NCBI GenBank assembly: GCA_902611225.1
Contig: CACLYZ010000003.1
Location: 13,115 to 77,114 of the forward strand
DNA length: 64,000 nt
Reading direction: 5' to 3'
From: an uncultured Prochlorococcus sp.
GTDB lineage: Bacteria > Cyanobacteriota > Cyanobacteriia > PCC-6307 > Cyanobiaceae
The first letter of the stretch is position 1. Each line of letters opens with the position of its first letter. A program made the translations under genes and the position numbers. Under the pieces are notes generated by a model. That model saw only the letters and a list, made by a program, of their open reading frames with translations, ran no database searches and was not told the origin of the DNA. Below, in pieces: positions 31,937 through 41,191 of this stretch.

Positions 31937-32947
31937 TTGAATAGTCCTGAAAATTCAAATACAAAAAGAATTTCAATTGATTTGCCTGAGGAACTAATTT
32001 CCAGGTTTGATCAATTACGAAAAGAGTGGGGATTTAGAGCAAGAGGACCTGTAATAGAAAAGATACTTAAAGAACTTCTTCAAGAAGATGATTTACTACC
32101 TAAAAACCAACAGCAAGAAATAGACTTTAACGATAAGAATACTAATGAAAATTTAAATATTGATGAAGATACTGCATTGGTATTAATTAAATCAGACGTA
32201 AAAAAAGAAGTTAATGAGATATCTTTAAATAAAAGATCTACAAATAACAATCAACATAAAGAAACAGCCAACTCAAATATAAGCCTTCCCAATTTCGTTG
32301 AAAAAAAAGTAAAGAATCTAAGAAGAAGTATTAATAGTGAAAAATTAAAGGAGAATATTAATGATATTCAAATTAATACAATCAAAGAAACTGAATTAAT
32401 AAAATGTCGAATTGAGTTAATTAGTCATTGGAAAACACTATATGGATCAGTTCCTAATGACCATGTACTAGAAGCTTCAATGGATTGGTTTGAAAGGGAT
32501 ATATGGCCAAATCTTGATGGGACTGAAAATCTACCCTTTACTTGGAGTGCAGCCAATAAATTAATGTCAGAATTATGTCCATTTTGGATAAAGAAAAATC
32601 CATCACTTGAAATTGTTTTATTAATGATTGGCGTTTTAGAAGACCCTTTTGCAACATCAGATCTGATAAATAGAATACCAACACTTATGAGAAGGTTTGT
32701 AAGTAGATTTAAGCGAAATAATAGATCAAATTCATTTGAAACTTTGGACTCAACAATGACAGTACATGGAGCACTTAAATTATTGAAATTATCAACATCA
32801 GCAGGATCAGCTCATACATTCCGTAAAATTAGGGAGGCCTATAAATCAATAGCCTTAGAGACACATCCAGATGCTGGAGGATCAACAGATCAAATGAGAA
32901 AATTAAATGAAGCGTATCAATTGCTAAAAAATCTATATAGAGACTAG
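31937..32947 (+). CDS. Protein with N-terminal ribbon-helix-helix (CopG-like) domain and C-terminal J-domain
   Basis: KRISIDLPEELISRFDQLRKEWG...RGPVIEKILKELL (RHH pattern); IREAYKSIALETHPDAGGSTDQMRKLNEAYQLL (J-domain with HPD). Confidence 0.85.
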   Translation: MNSPENSNTKRISIDLPEELISRFDQLRKEWGFRARGPVIEKILKELLQEDDLLPKNQQQEIDFNDKNTNENLNIDEDTALVLIKSDVKKEVNEISLNKRSTNNNQHKETANSNISLPNFVEKKVKNLRRSINSEKLKENINDIQINTIKETELIKCRIELISHWKTLYGSVPNDHVLEASMDWFERDIWPNLDGTENLPFTWSAANKLMSELCPFWIKKNPSLEIVLLMIGVLEDPFATSDLINRIPTLMRRFVSRFKRNNRSNSFETLDSTMTVHGALKLLKLSTSAGSAHTFRKIREAYKSIALETHPDAGGSTDQMRKLNEAYQLLKNLYRD

Positions 32948-32954
32948 TATAGTA

Positions 32955-33005
32955 ATTCCCATATAAGACTAATTACAAGTCTAACTAATAGTCTCATATA
33001 AGATA
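32955..33005 (+). repeat. 51-bp composite repeat, copy 1
   Basis: ATTCC-catata-AGACT-aattaca-AGTCT-aactaat-AGTCT-catata-AGATA. Confidence 0.85.
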
Positions 33006-33119
33006 GCTGTTAAGCTAAAAGTTTCTAATTTTTATTCAAATTTATGTAAGCAAAAATATGTATTAATGAAATTAAGACAAAAATCGCTTTTAAAAAATTA
33101 AAAATTTATTTGTATAGCA

Positions 33120-33170
33120 ATTCTTAAATAAGACTTATTATTAGTCTATTATATAGTCTCAAAATAGATA
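33120..33170 (+). repeat. 51-bp composite repeat, copy 2
   Basis: ATTCT-taaata-AGACT-tattatt-AGTCT-attatat-AGTCT-caaaat-AGATA. Confidence 0.85.
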
Positions 33171-33356
33171 AGTAAGATAAATAAATTAATCGATTTGAAT
33201 GAATCATGTCCAAACTGCTTAATGCCTGGGAAAAATTAAAAAAATGAATAATAAATCAATAAATTATGTCCTTTAAATGTCCAAGGAATTAATAAGGGCT
33301 AGAAAGCATTGCTATAAGGGCTTTTTATGTGCCTCCGTACTGCCTTAAAGACAGTA

Positions 33357-33617
33357 CTACTTAGATTGAAGCTTTTCAATCGCAGTTTGTTTATCAATAC
33401 TAGGGACATCACTTAATCCGTTCGCATCAAACCAAGGGGCGCTAGCCCAATCAAATCCTTCGCCAAAAGTATTATCTGGTGCAGTTATATACCAGTGACA
33501 TGATGCATCTGGTATGTCAACAGCACATTTTGACCAATCATCTGACCACTGGGGGACTTGTACCCACAGTACTGAAGATAGAAGTAGAGATAGCAGATTT
33601 ACCATGAAACTTATCAT
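33357..33617 (-). CDS. Hypothetical exported small protein
   Basis: Hydrophobic N-terminus followed by Trp-rich LWVQVPQWSDDWSKCAVDIPDASCHWY; start may be 33605. Confidence 0.8.
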   Translation of the reverse strand: MISFMVNLLSLLLSSVLWVQVPQWSDDWSKCAVDIPDASCHWYITAPDNTFGEGFDWASAPWFDANGLSDVPSIDKQTAIEKLQSK

Positions 33618-33649
33618 ACAACATTAATTACTTTTGTAGGATTATTATT

Positions 33650-33700
33650 TATCTTATATAAGAATCATATTTAGACTTATTTAGAGTCTAATATGAGAAT
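33650..33700 (-). repeat. 51-bp composite repeat, copy 3 (inverted)
   Basis: Minus strand: ATTCT-catatt-AGACT-ctaaata-AGTCT-aaatatg-ATTCT-tatata-AGATA. Confidence 0.82.
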
Positions 33701-33710
33701 AGAAATACAA

Positions 33711-36155
33711 TTATTTCCTTAATTTAGTATCAAAACATTTTTCAATATTAGAGATGATATTTGAATGTATTGATGTAATATCAGAGTCCAGTAATGTTTT
33801 ATCTTTATCTCTATAAGATAATCTAAATGTATAACTTATATGATCATCTCCAAATTTAGTATCTTCAAAAACATCAAGTAAATTTACATCCTCTAAGAGA
33901 TTCTTTCCTGTTTTTCTTATTTGTGATGTTATTTCGCTAATTAAATATTTCTTACTGAAAACAAAATTTATATCCCTTTCCATTTTTGGAACAATTGGAT
34001 ATTGCTTATATATTGGTATCCATTTATTTTTTCTTGTACTAGCTCCCAAGAGATTAGAAACATTTATGTTAAATAAATAAACTTTTTTTAATGACTTCTT
34101 TTCTAATATTAATTTGGGATGTATTTCACCAAAATAACCTGCATCTTTCCCTTCAATAAATAATTTTGCTGTTCTGCCTGGGTGAAGAAAATCAATTGAA
34201 TCAGTAGGTTTATCTTCAATTTTTATGTTTAAAGATGATAATGCCTCCTTTAACTTTCCTCTGGCCTGGTAATAAGTAAGATCGTTATCCTTACCCGAAT
34301 TTATCCATTTTCCAAATTTTTTATTTCCATAAATCACTCCATTCAGAACTTCTTCTTGAATAAACTCAGTTTTCTTTTGAAAAACATTTCCAATTTCAAA
34401 TATATAACAACTTGCTTGTCCAGCTTTTATATTACGGTTCACAATCTCCAAATGTTCTTTCCAGATATTATCTCTAAGACAGCTTGTTTCTAATAACAAA
34501 GGATTAGAAATCTTTATAAGTTTTTCATCATCTTCAGGAACAAGAGAGTAACTTAGTACCTCGTTAAAACCATTTTCTATAAAACCATTTTTTACTTTTC
34601 TCAATGCCAACTGTTCTGATGACAATTTTCCAGGCTTAATTGGATTAGGAAGTTTTAAGTCGAATCTGTCATACCCTATTAATCTAGCTATTTCTTCAAT
34701 TAAATCTATTTCTCTTGTTAAATCATGTGATCTATTAGGAATTACTGCTACATCCCAGCCATATTCTTTATTCTTTAAAGTACAACCTATGAGCGTTAAT
34801 TTATCAACTATTTCATTATCAGATAAATTTCTTTTTTCAAGTTGATCGTTAATTATTAATGGACCAAGAATTTTATGTATTCGATTTCTCCGAAGTTTAA
34901 TAAATATATCCTCATTACTTATTAAATTTGAAGTATTGATGATTGGTGAATTAATAGAAAAATATTCTTCTAAAAGATTAATTGCCCTAGTTACTGCACT
35001 TATTGTATTTTTTGATGAAATCCCTTTTTCATACCTGCTGCTAGATTCTGTTCTTATGCCAACAGCCTTGGAAGATTTTCTTATAGTAACTGGATTAAAA
35101 ACAGCGCCTTCAAGGTAAATAGATGAGGTAGTATTACTTACAGAAGTTTCTAAACCGCCTATAACCCCAGCAATAGCTACTGGTTTATCACAACAAGTAA
35201 TAACTGTTATATTGTCATTTAAGTTATATTCTTTACCATCTAAGCAAATAAGGCTTTCGTTATCATTGCCTTTTCTTACAGAGAAATCTTCTGGAGAAAC
35301 TTCCTTACCAATTAAGTTTGACAGTTTATCTTTATCAAACGCATGCAAAGGTTGACCTTGTTCTAAAAGAATATAATTTGTCAAATCAACTAGAAGATTA
35401 ATAGATTTTATACCTGATTTTTCTATACGGTCTTTAATCCATTTTGGCGATAATTTCTCTCCATTTACTCCATCAATGCAGCTTATTGTATAAATGCAAT
35501 TTGATTCTATAGCCTCTGGACAAAGTTTAATTCCCTTAAGTAAATGAATATTGTATTTATGGTTTAATTCTGGAAAAGTTAAGGTGGATTCTAAAAGGGC
35601 AGAAATTTCACGGGCTATACCTATAACAGACATTCCATCAGGTCTATTAGCTGTAATGGCTAAATCATATATAAAATCATTTAATTGAAGCAAGTCAGAC
35701 CCTGGAGAGCCCAATTCATGTTTTAGGGCCAAATTTTCATCGATGATCTCTATCCCTTCACTAGAGTCCTCTAAACCCAGTTCCTGCAGTGAACATATCA
35801 TTCCTTCACTCATGACACCTCTAATTTCACTTCTTTTAATAATTAAATCAACTGCATTTAATTTCGCGCCCACAGTAGCAACATAAACATAGATATTTGG
35901 TTTAATATTGCGCGCACCACAGATAATTTGTAAAATCTTTGAATTACCAATATCGACTTGGCAAATTGAAAGTTTGTCTGATCCTTCGTGTTTTAAAACA
36001 GATAATACCTTACCTAAAACAACTCCATTTACATTTTTTGAACAATCTTCTAATGATTCAACCTCAAATCCGCCAATAGACAATTTCTCAGAGAGATCTT
36101 CAGGAGTAGAAGTAATTTCTACTAAATTTTTCAACCAATTTTGAGAAACTTTCAT
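33711..36155 (-). CDS. pheT: Phenylalanine--tRNA ligase beta subunit
   Basis: MKVSQNWL, ICGARN, SEGMICS, TANRPD, DLIEEIARLIGY, C-terminal FDX-ACB domain. Confidence 0.97.
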   Translation of the reverse strand: MKVSQNWLKNLVEITSTPEDLSEKLSIGGFEVESLEDCSKNVNGVVLGKVLSVLKHEGSDKLSICQVDIGNSKILQIICGARNIKPNIYVYVATVGAKLNAVDLIIKRSEIRGVMSEGMICSLQELGLEDSSEGIEIIDENLALKHELGSPGSDLLQLNDFIYDLAITANRPDGMSVIGIAREISALLESTLTFPELNHKYNIHLLKGIKLCPEAIESNCIYTISCIDGVNGEKLSPKWIKDRIEKSGIKSINLLVDLTNYILLEQGQPLHAFDKDKLSNLIGKEVSPEDFSVRKGNDNESLICLDGKEYNLNDNITVITCCDKPVAIAGVIGGLETSVSNTTSSIYLEGAVFNPVTIRKSSKAVGIRTESSSRYEKGISSKNTISAVTRAINLLEEYFSINSPIINTSNLISNEDIFIKLRRNRIHKILGPLIINDQLEKRNLSDNEIVDKLTLIGCTLKNKEYGWDVAVIPNRSHDLTREIDLIEEIARLIGYDRFDLKLPNPIKPGKLSSEQLALRKVKNGFIENGFNEVLSYSLVPEDDEKLIKISNPLLLETSCLRDNIWKEHLEIVNRNIKAGQASCYIFEIGNVFQKKTEFIQEEVLNGVIYGNKKFGKWINSGKDNDLTYYQARGKLKEALSSLNIKIEDKPTDSIDFLHPGRTAKLFIEGKDAGYFGEIHPKLILEKKSLKKVYLFNINVSNLLGASTRKNKWIPIYKQYPIVPKMERDINFVFSKKYLISEITSQIRKTGKNLLEDVNLLDVFEDTKFGDDHISYTFRLSYRDKDKTLLDSDITSIHSNIISNIEKCFDTKLRK

Positions 36156-36256
36156 ATATATTTTTTAATCAATGATGATAAAAGAAATGAGTATATCTTC
36201 AAAAAAGTTTGTTGAAGATGTACAATAGAAAATTATACAATAAAGTATTAATTAAA

Positions 36257-36451
36257 ATGGCCAAAAAAGGGACAAGAGTTGTAGTGACCCTGGAATGTAC
36301 TGAAGCTAGGACAAGCACAGATCCTAAGAGATCAAATGGTGTCTCAAGATATACTACAGAAAAGAATCGTAGAAATACAACCGAAAGATTAGAACTAAAA
36401 AAGTTTAATCCTCATTTAAACAGAATGACAATTCACAAAGAAATTAAATAA
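36257..36451 (+). CDS. rpmG: 50S ribosomal protein L33
   Basis: [16 protein letters not shown]...[22 protein letters not shown]; start corrected to ATG 36257. Confidence 0.96.
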   Translation: MAKKGTRVVVTLECTEARTSTDPKRSNGVSRYTTEKNRRNTTERLELKKFNPHLNRMTIHKEIK

Positions 36452-36463
36452 TCAAATCAAATC

Positions 36464-36685
36464 ATGCCTAATTCAATTTTTAAAAAACAATTATCACCTA
36501 TCAAACCCGGAGATCCTATTGACTATAAGGATGTAGAACTACTAAAAAAATTCATAACTGAGAGAGGCAAAATCCTACCAAGAAGAATGACAGGTTTAAC
36601 CTCTAAGCAACAAAGAGATCTCACATTAGCTGTTAAGAGAGCCAGAATTGTAGCTCTTTTACCCTTCGTAAATCCTGAGGGATAA
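36464..36685 (+). CDS. rpsR: 30S ribosomal protein S18
   Basis: [26 protein letters not shown]...ARIVALLPF. Confidence 0.97.
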   Translation: MPNSIFKKQLSPIKPGDPIDYKDVELLKKFITERGKILPRRMTGLTSKQQRDLTLAVKRARIVALLPFVNPEG

Positions 36686-36703
36686 TTTTATATTGAATAT
36701 AGT

Positions 36704-37915
36704 TTGCACTATAGTAAATATCGCAAATATTTGAAAGATTTAACTAATTTAAAAACATATATTATTGATTCTGATGATCCACATGAGGTTGATGACGCTT
36801 TTTCATTAGAAATAAAAGAAGGAAATAAAAGAAATCTATGGATACATATTAGTAATCCATGCAAACTCTTTTTGCATGACTCCAATGTTGATTTAAATGC
36901 AAGAAAGAGAAATAGCAGTTTATATTTAATTGATCAATATGTCCCAATGCTCCCTAAGGATATTCTTGAAAAGGCAAATCTAGCTCAAAATAGAGTTTCA
37001 GAAACTATTAGTGCAGCAATAGAATTCAATGACGATGGATCAATAAATAAATATGAAATAACTGAAGCAATAATAAAACCGAAATATCAATTAACATATG
37101 AAGATGCAAATGAAATATTAGAATTAGAACCTAAAGAAGAAATAGAATTAATTGAGATTAAAAATTTATTAGAAAAAAGTATTACATTCAGAAAGAAACA
37201 AGGAGCAATTATTTTTGAAAGTCCTAATAATAAAATTAAATTATATAAGGATAAGATTTTATTAACTAAATTAGAGAAAACAATATCACAAATTATAGTT
37301 GCAGAATCGATGATTTTAATGGGTTATGTAACAAGTTTATTTATAGATAAATATGATTTAGCGGCTGCATTTAGGATTCAAAAAATAAACTGTAATCCAT
37401 CTGAAATACTTAATAAATACAAAGATAGTGATATTAAGTATATAATATTAAAACAATATATGGGAAGAAGTTACATAACTACTAAGCCAGGAATACATGA
37501 ATCATTAGGCCTTAAAATGTATGTACAATGCACATCACCATTAAGAAGATATCTTGATTTAATTATACAAAGGCAAGTCTATAACAAAATTAATAATTAC
37601 GAAGTTCTAAGTAAAGATTCAGTCTCTAAGATTATTGAATATTCAAAGAATAGACAATCAGAGAATAATAATATAGTTAAAAATGATAAATTGAAGTATT
37701 TAAAATTATTTTTTAAGAATGAAAAAAAACCTTTTTATAAAATAATATTCGTTAAGTGGATTAATCATAAAAAAAATATTGCTTTGGTTTATTTTCTAGA
37801 TTATTCACTAGAAATACTTATTACTCTTTTTGTATCAATAGAAATATATAGTAATAAAATATATAAAGTTAAATATATTATAAATGATGGTAATCTTTTA
37901 GAATTTATTTATTAA
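36704..37915 (+). CDS. RNB-domain exoribonuclease (RNase II family, short form)
   Basis: IDSDDPHEVDDAFS catalytic motif, HESLG...YVQCTSPLRRYLDL. Confidence 0.88.
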   Translation: MHYSKYRKYLKDLTNLKTYIIDSDDPHEVDDAFSLEIKEGNKRNLWIHISNPCKLFLHDSNVDLNARKRNSSLYLIDQYVPMLPKDILEKANLAQNRVSETISAAIEFNDDGSINKYEITEAIIKPKYQLTYEDANEILELEPKEEIELIEIKNLLEKSITFRKKQGAIIFESPNNKIKLYKDKILLTKLEKTISQIIVAESMILMGYVTSLFIDKYDLAAAFRIQKINCNPSEILNKYKDSDIKYIILKQYMGRSYITTKPGIHESLGLKMYVQCTSPLRRYLDLIIQRQVYNKINNYEVLSKDSVSKIIEYSKNRQSENNNIVKNDKLKYLKLFFKNEKKPFYKIIFVKWINHKKNIALVYFLDYSLEILITLFVSIEIYSNKIYKVKYIINDGNLLEFIY

Positions 37916-37982
37916 TAAGATAATAAATATAATAGGTTGTTATTAGTTTAAAAATATCTGTTAGTATTAATAAAAAAGCTTT

Positions 37983-39518
37983 ATGACTTTTGTCATTACT
38001 ACACCTTTATACTATGTTAATGATAAACCACATTTAGGAAGTGTATATACAACAATAATTTGTGACTCAATAGCTAGGTATAAAAGACTTGCAGGTGTAG
38101 ATGTTATTTTCATCACTGGTGTTGATGAACATGGTTTAAAAATACAAAGAACAGCTAATGAAAAGGGTATTGAACCACAATCACATTGTGATGAAATCTC
38201 AGAAGTCTTTAAGAATAATTGGAAAGATTGGAATATATCCTTTGACAAATTCATAAGAACAAGCTCAAAAAATCATGAATTTGTTGTTAGTGAATTTTAT
38301 GAAAGAGTAAAAGCATCAGGTGATATCTATATGGGAGTTCAGAAAGGTTGGTATTGTGTCGGTTGTGAAGAATTTAAAGATAATCCAGAGAACTCATCAA
38401 CATACAAGTGTCCAATACATCAAAAAAATCTAGAATGGAAAAATGAAGAGAATCTCTTTTTTAGGCTTTCTAAATATCAAAAAGAAATCGAGAAAATAAT
38501 CAACGAACCTTCTTTTATAGAGCCAATAGAAAGAAAGAATGAAATTATAAATTTTGTTTCTAGAGGTTTAAAGGATTTTTCAATTTCAAGAACAAATGTT
38601 ACATGGGGAATTCCTGTCCCTGGTTACGATAACCATACCTTTTATGTGTGGTTTGATGCTTTACTTGGATATGTAAGTGCTATTAGCTCTGATGCGACAG
38701 AACATTCATTGGAAAAATCAATTAATGGAGGATGGCCAGCTGATGTTCATTTAATTGGTAAGGATATTCTGAGATTCCATGCTGTATATTGGCCTGCAAT
38801 GCTCATTTCTGCCAAAATGAAAGTCCCTAAAAAGGTTTTTGGGCACGGTTTTCTTACAAGAGAGGGCCAAAAAATGGGTAAAAGCTTAGGAAATGTACTC
38901 GACCCTGATGTATTGCTTACAAAATATGGAAATGATCCTGTAAGGTGGTACCTAATTAAAGATATATCACTAGGAAATGATGGAGATTTTCAAGATAAAA
39001 GATTTGTTGACATCATCAATAATGACTTAGCTAATACAATTGGTAATTTATTAAATAGAACATCATCTATGTCTAGAAAATGGTTTGATAATAAAGTGCC
39101 AAATAATGAAAAATTTTTAAGTGAAAATAAATTAGAGAATTTTGCCAAAATTGCAGTTGAAAACTATATTTATAACTTTGATAACTTCAAATTAGATCTA
39201 GCCGCTAATGAAGTTCTTAGTTTAGCAATTAATACAAATTTGTATTTGAATGATAATCAGCCATGGCTGTTAATAAAAGATAAAGATAATTTACCTCTAG
39301 TTAAACAAATTATTTATAACGTTTTAGAAAGTACCCGAATAATAGGATTGTTATTACTACCTTTATTGCCCGAATTATCTACAAAAATTAATGAACAACT
39401 TGGTTCTATATACAAAGAAGAAATTCCTTGGAAACAACAATTAGGTTGGGGATTATTAGTAAGTAACTCAAGCCTTCCTAAACCCACTCCAATTATAAAT
39501 AAACTTGAATATGAGTAA
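37983..39518 (+). CDS. metG: Methionine--tRNA ligase
   Basis: YYVNDKPHLGS, GVDEHG, YVWFDAL, GKDILRFH, KMGKSLGN. Confidence 0.97.
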   Translation: MTFVITTPLYYVNDKPHLGSVYTTIICDSIARYKRLAGVDVIFITGVDEHGLKIQRTANEKGIEPQSHCDEISEVFKNNWKDWNISFDKFIRTSSKNHEFVVSEFYERVKASGDIYMGVQKGWYCVGCEEFKDNPENSSTYKCPIHQKNLEWKNEENLFFRLSKYQKEIEKIINEPSFIEPIERKNEIINFVSRGLKDFSISRTNVTWGIPVPGYDNHTFYVWFDALLGYVSAISSDATEHSLEKSINGGWPADVHLIGKDILRFHAVYWPAMLISAKMKVPKKVFGHGFLTREGQKMGKSLGNVLDPDVLLTKYGNDPVRWYLIKDISLGNDGDFQDKRFVDIINNDLANTIGNLLNRTSSMSRKWFDNKVPNNEKFLSENKLENFAKIAVENYIYNFDNFKLDLAANEVLSLAINTNLYLNDNQPWLLIKDKDNLPLVKQIIYNVLESTRIIGLLLLPLLPELSTKINEQLGSIYKEEIPWKQQLGWGLLVSNSSLPKPTPIINKLEYE

Positions 39519-40134
39519 CATTTATAGACTAATAATTTTCCTTCCATTATTTATGCTTGGTTGCGCCCCAAATGTATTTGATGAAAATAAAGTTAAACAA
39601 AACATAGACAGTTTAGATATGACTATTTTCTCTAAAAGTGGAGATAAAATTTATTCAATAACCAGTCCAAATTCAAGTTATAACAATATAGAATTAAAAT
39701 TCGAATTAAAAAAACCTATCATTAATATTCTTAAAGGGGAAGAAAGTAAATATATTATTAGTTCAGAAGAATCTTCATTATCAAACAACAATAAACTTCT
39801 GAAAATGAAAGGGAATGTTAAATTAAAAATTCTTAAAAAAGATGGAGATATTTTATATGCTGATAATTTTATCTGGAATATAGAGAATACTAATTATCTT
39901 TTAGAGGGTAATATAAGATTTGAAAATCAAAAAATCATCTTAAATTCAGGAAAAGCTATATTGAGTTCAGATAACATAATTGAATTTTTCAATCCAGTAA
40001 AATATATTATAAAAAATGAAAATAACGAAAATATATATGAAATAAATTCAGAAAATGCTTACTATGATATAAATAATGAATCAGTAAGTTTTCAAGCAAA
40101 AGAAAAAAAAGTTAAATCAACAATTTATTTTTAA
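39505..40134 (+). CDS. lptC: LPS export periplasmic protein, LptC-like
   Basis: Lipoprotein-like N-terminus (FMLGC) and beta-jellyroll-like repeats (MKGNVKL, LEGNIRF). Confidence 0.6.
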   Translation: MNMSNIYRLIIFLPLFMLGCAPNVFDENKVKQNIDSLDMTIFSKSGDKIYSITSPNSSYNNIELKFELKKPIINILKGEESKYIISSEESSLSNNNKLLKMKGNVKLKILKKDGDILYADNFIWNIENTNYLLEGNIRFENQKIILNSGKAILSSDNIIEFFNPVKYIIKNENNENIYEINSENAYYDINNESVSFQAKEKKVKSTIYF

Positions 40135-40757
40135 ATTTTATTTTTTGAAAAAATATTATTAATTTTTTTGGACCAGTTATTAATCCATTTTTCATCAGAC
40201 TTCGTAAAACACTTAGTACTCCAGCCTCCTATCAATATAAAAGCCTTATTATTTATAGGTACAACTAAGATAGATGGAATTTCGGCACAAAAATTAAAAA
40301 ATTCATCTCTTCCAGGATAAAATTTAGTGTTTGCTAATGATATTAATTTCATATCTTTTATAGATCTCAGACAAGTTTCCCCAGGTTTAAAATCATTATT
40401 TGAAGTGATTCCCCTCCTTAATATATTAACGCCATCATTGTGAATTAATATTGCTGCTGCTGCTGTAGAAGTTAATATTGCTTCAGAACCCCATGCAAGT
40501 TCATCAATAACTTCATCCGGCATGTTTCTATCGAAGAGAAACTTATTTTCTCCTTTTAAAGCAGCTTTCTCACCAGCTAATGGTTCGAATTGTTTAAATA
40601 AAAAACCTATCAAAATAATAATTAATGAAGCTATTGAGGCTAACACTTGTGCTCTTTCAAGCTCAGGAGTGATTGTTTCTATTGAAATGAAATTTGCTAT
40701 TTGAAAAATAAAGAGTATTGTACCGACTAATATTAATGATTTTCCATTGAATCCCAT
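40131..40757 (-). CDS. Cofactor assembly of complex C subunit B (CCB2/CCB4 family)
   Basis: Two N-terminal TM segments, ELAWGSEAILTST, LANTKFYPGRDEF, FTKSDEKW. Confidence 0.75.
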   Translation of the reverse strand: MGFNGKSLILVGTILFIFQIANFISIETITPELERAQVLASIASLIIILIGFLFKQFEPLAGEKAALKGENKFLFDRNMPDEVIDELAWGSEAILTSTAAAAILIHNDGVNILRRGITSNNDFKPGETCLRSIKDMKLISLANTKFYPGRDEFFNFCAEIPSILVVPINNKAFILIGGWSTKCFTKSDEKWINNWSKKINNIFSKNKI

Positions 40758-40869
40758 ATTTCAAATTATGTTATTTCTAATTAATTTATGCAAATATTAT
40801 ATTGTTTAGTACATTTAAAATTACTCAAACATATGGTTTTTAATATATAATTAACCAAAACCTTTTAAA

Positions 40870-41181
40870 ATGACCCTAAAAATCAATAAATATATACTTT
40901 CTCTTATCTTTACTGGTTTAATTTTTATTCTTATCCCCGCGACCACATACGCAAATGAAATTACTAGCATAAATAAATATTTTGGTATTACTCAACAGAA
41001 GACTGTTATAAATTACGAAAAAAGTCAGCCTTCATCTATTGATAACCCTGTAGTGGATCCAAATTTTAACACTATGAGGTCAAAAGATACTGAGAGTTCA
41101 ACTGCTACTTATATAGTTATTGGTTTGTTAATTGCTGCCACAATTATTCCTTTAGCAACATGGTGGTATTTCTCTAAATAA
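40870..41181 (+). CDS. Hypothetical membrane protein (signal peptide plus C-terminal TM)
   Basis: ORF track; hydrophobic termini. Confidence 0.7.
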   Translation: MTLKINKYILSLIFTGLIFILIPATTYANEITSINKYFGITQQKTVINYEKSQPSSIDNPVVDPNFNTMRSKDTESSTATYIVIGLLIAATIIPLATWWYFSK

Positions 41182-41191
41182 TAGAGAATTT

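Noticed and set aside
32955-33170. CRISPR array interpretation of the repeats
   Set aside because: Only short boxes are conserved, there is no repeat-spacer periodicity, and there are no cas genes
36209-36256. N-terminal extension of L33 in the ORF track
   Set aside because: Upstream TTG in the promoter region; the canonical start is MAKKG at 36257
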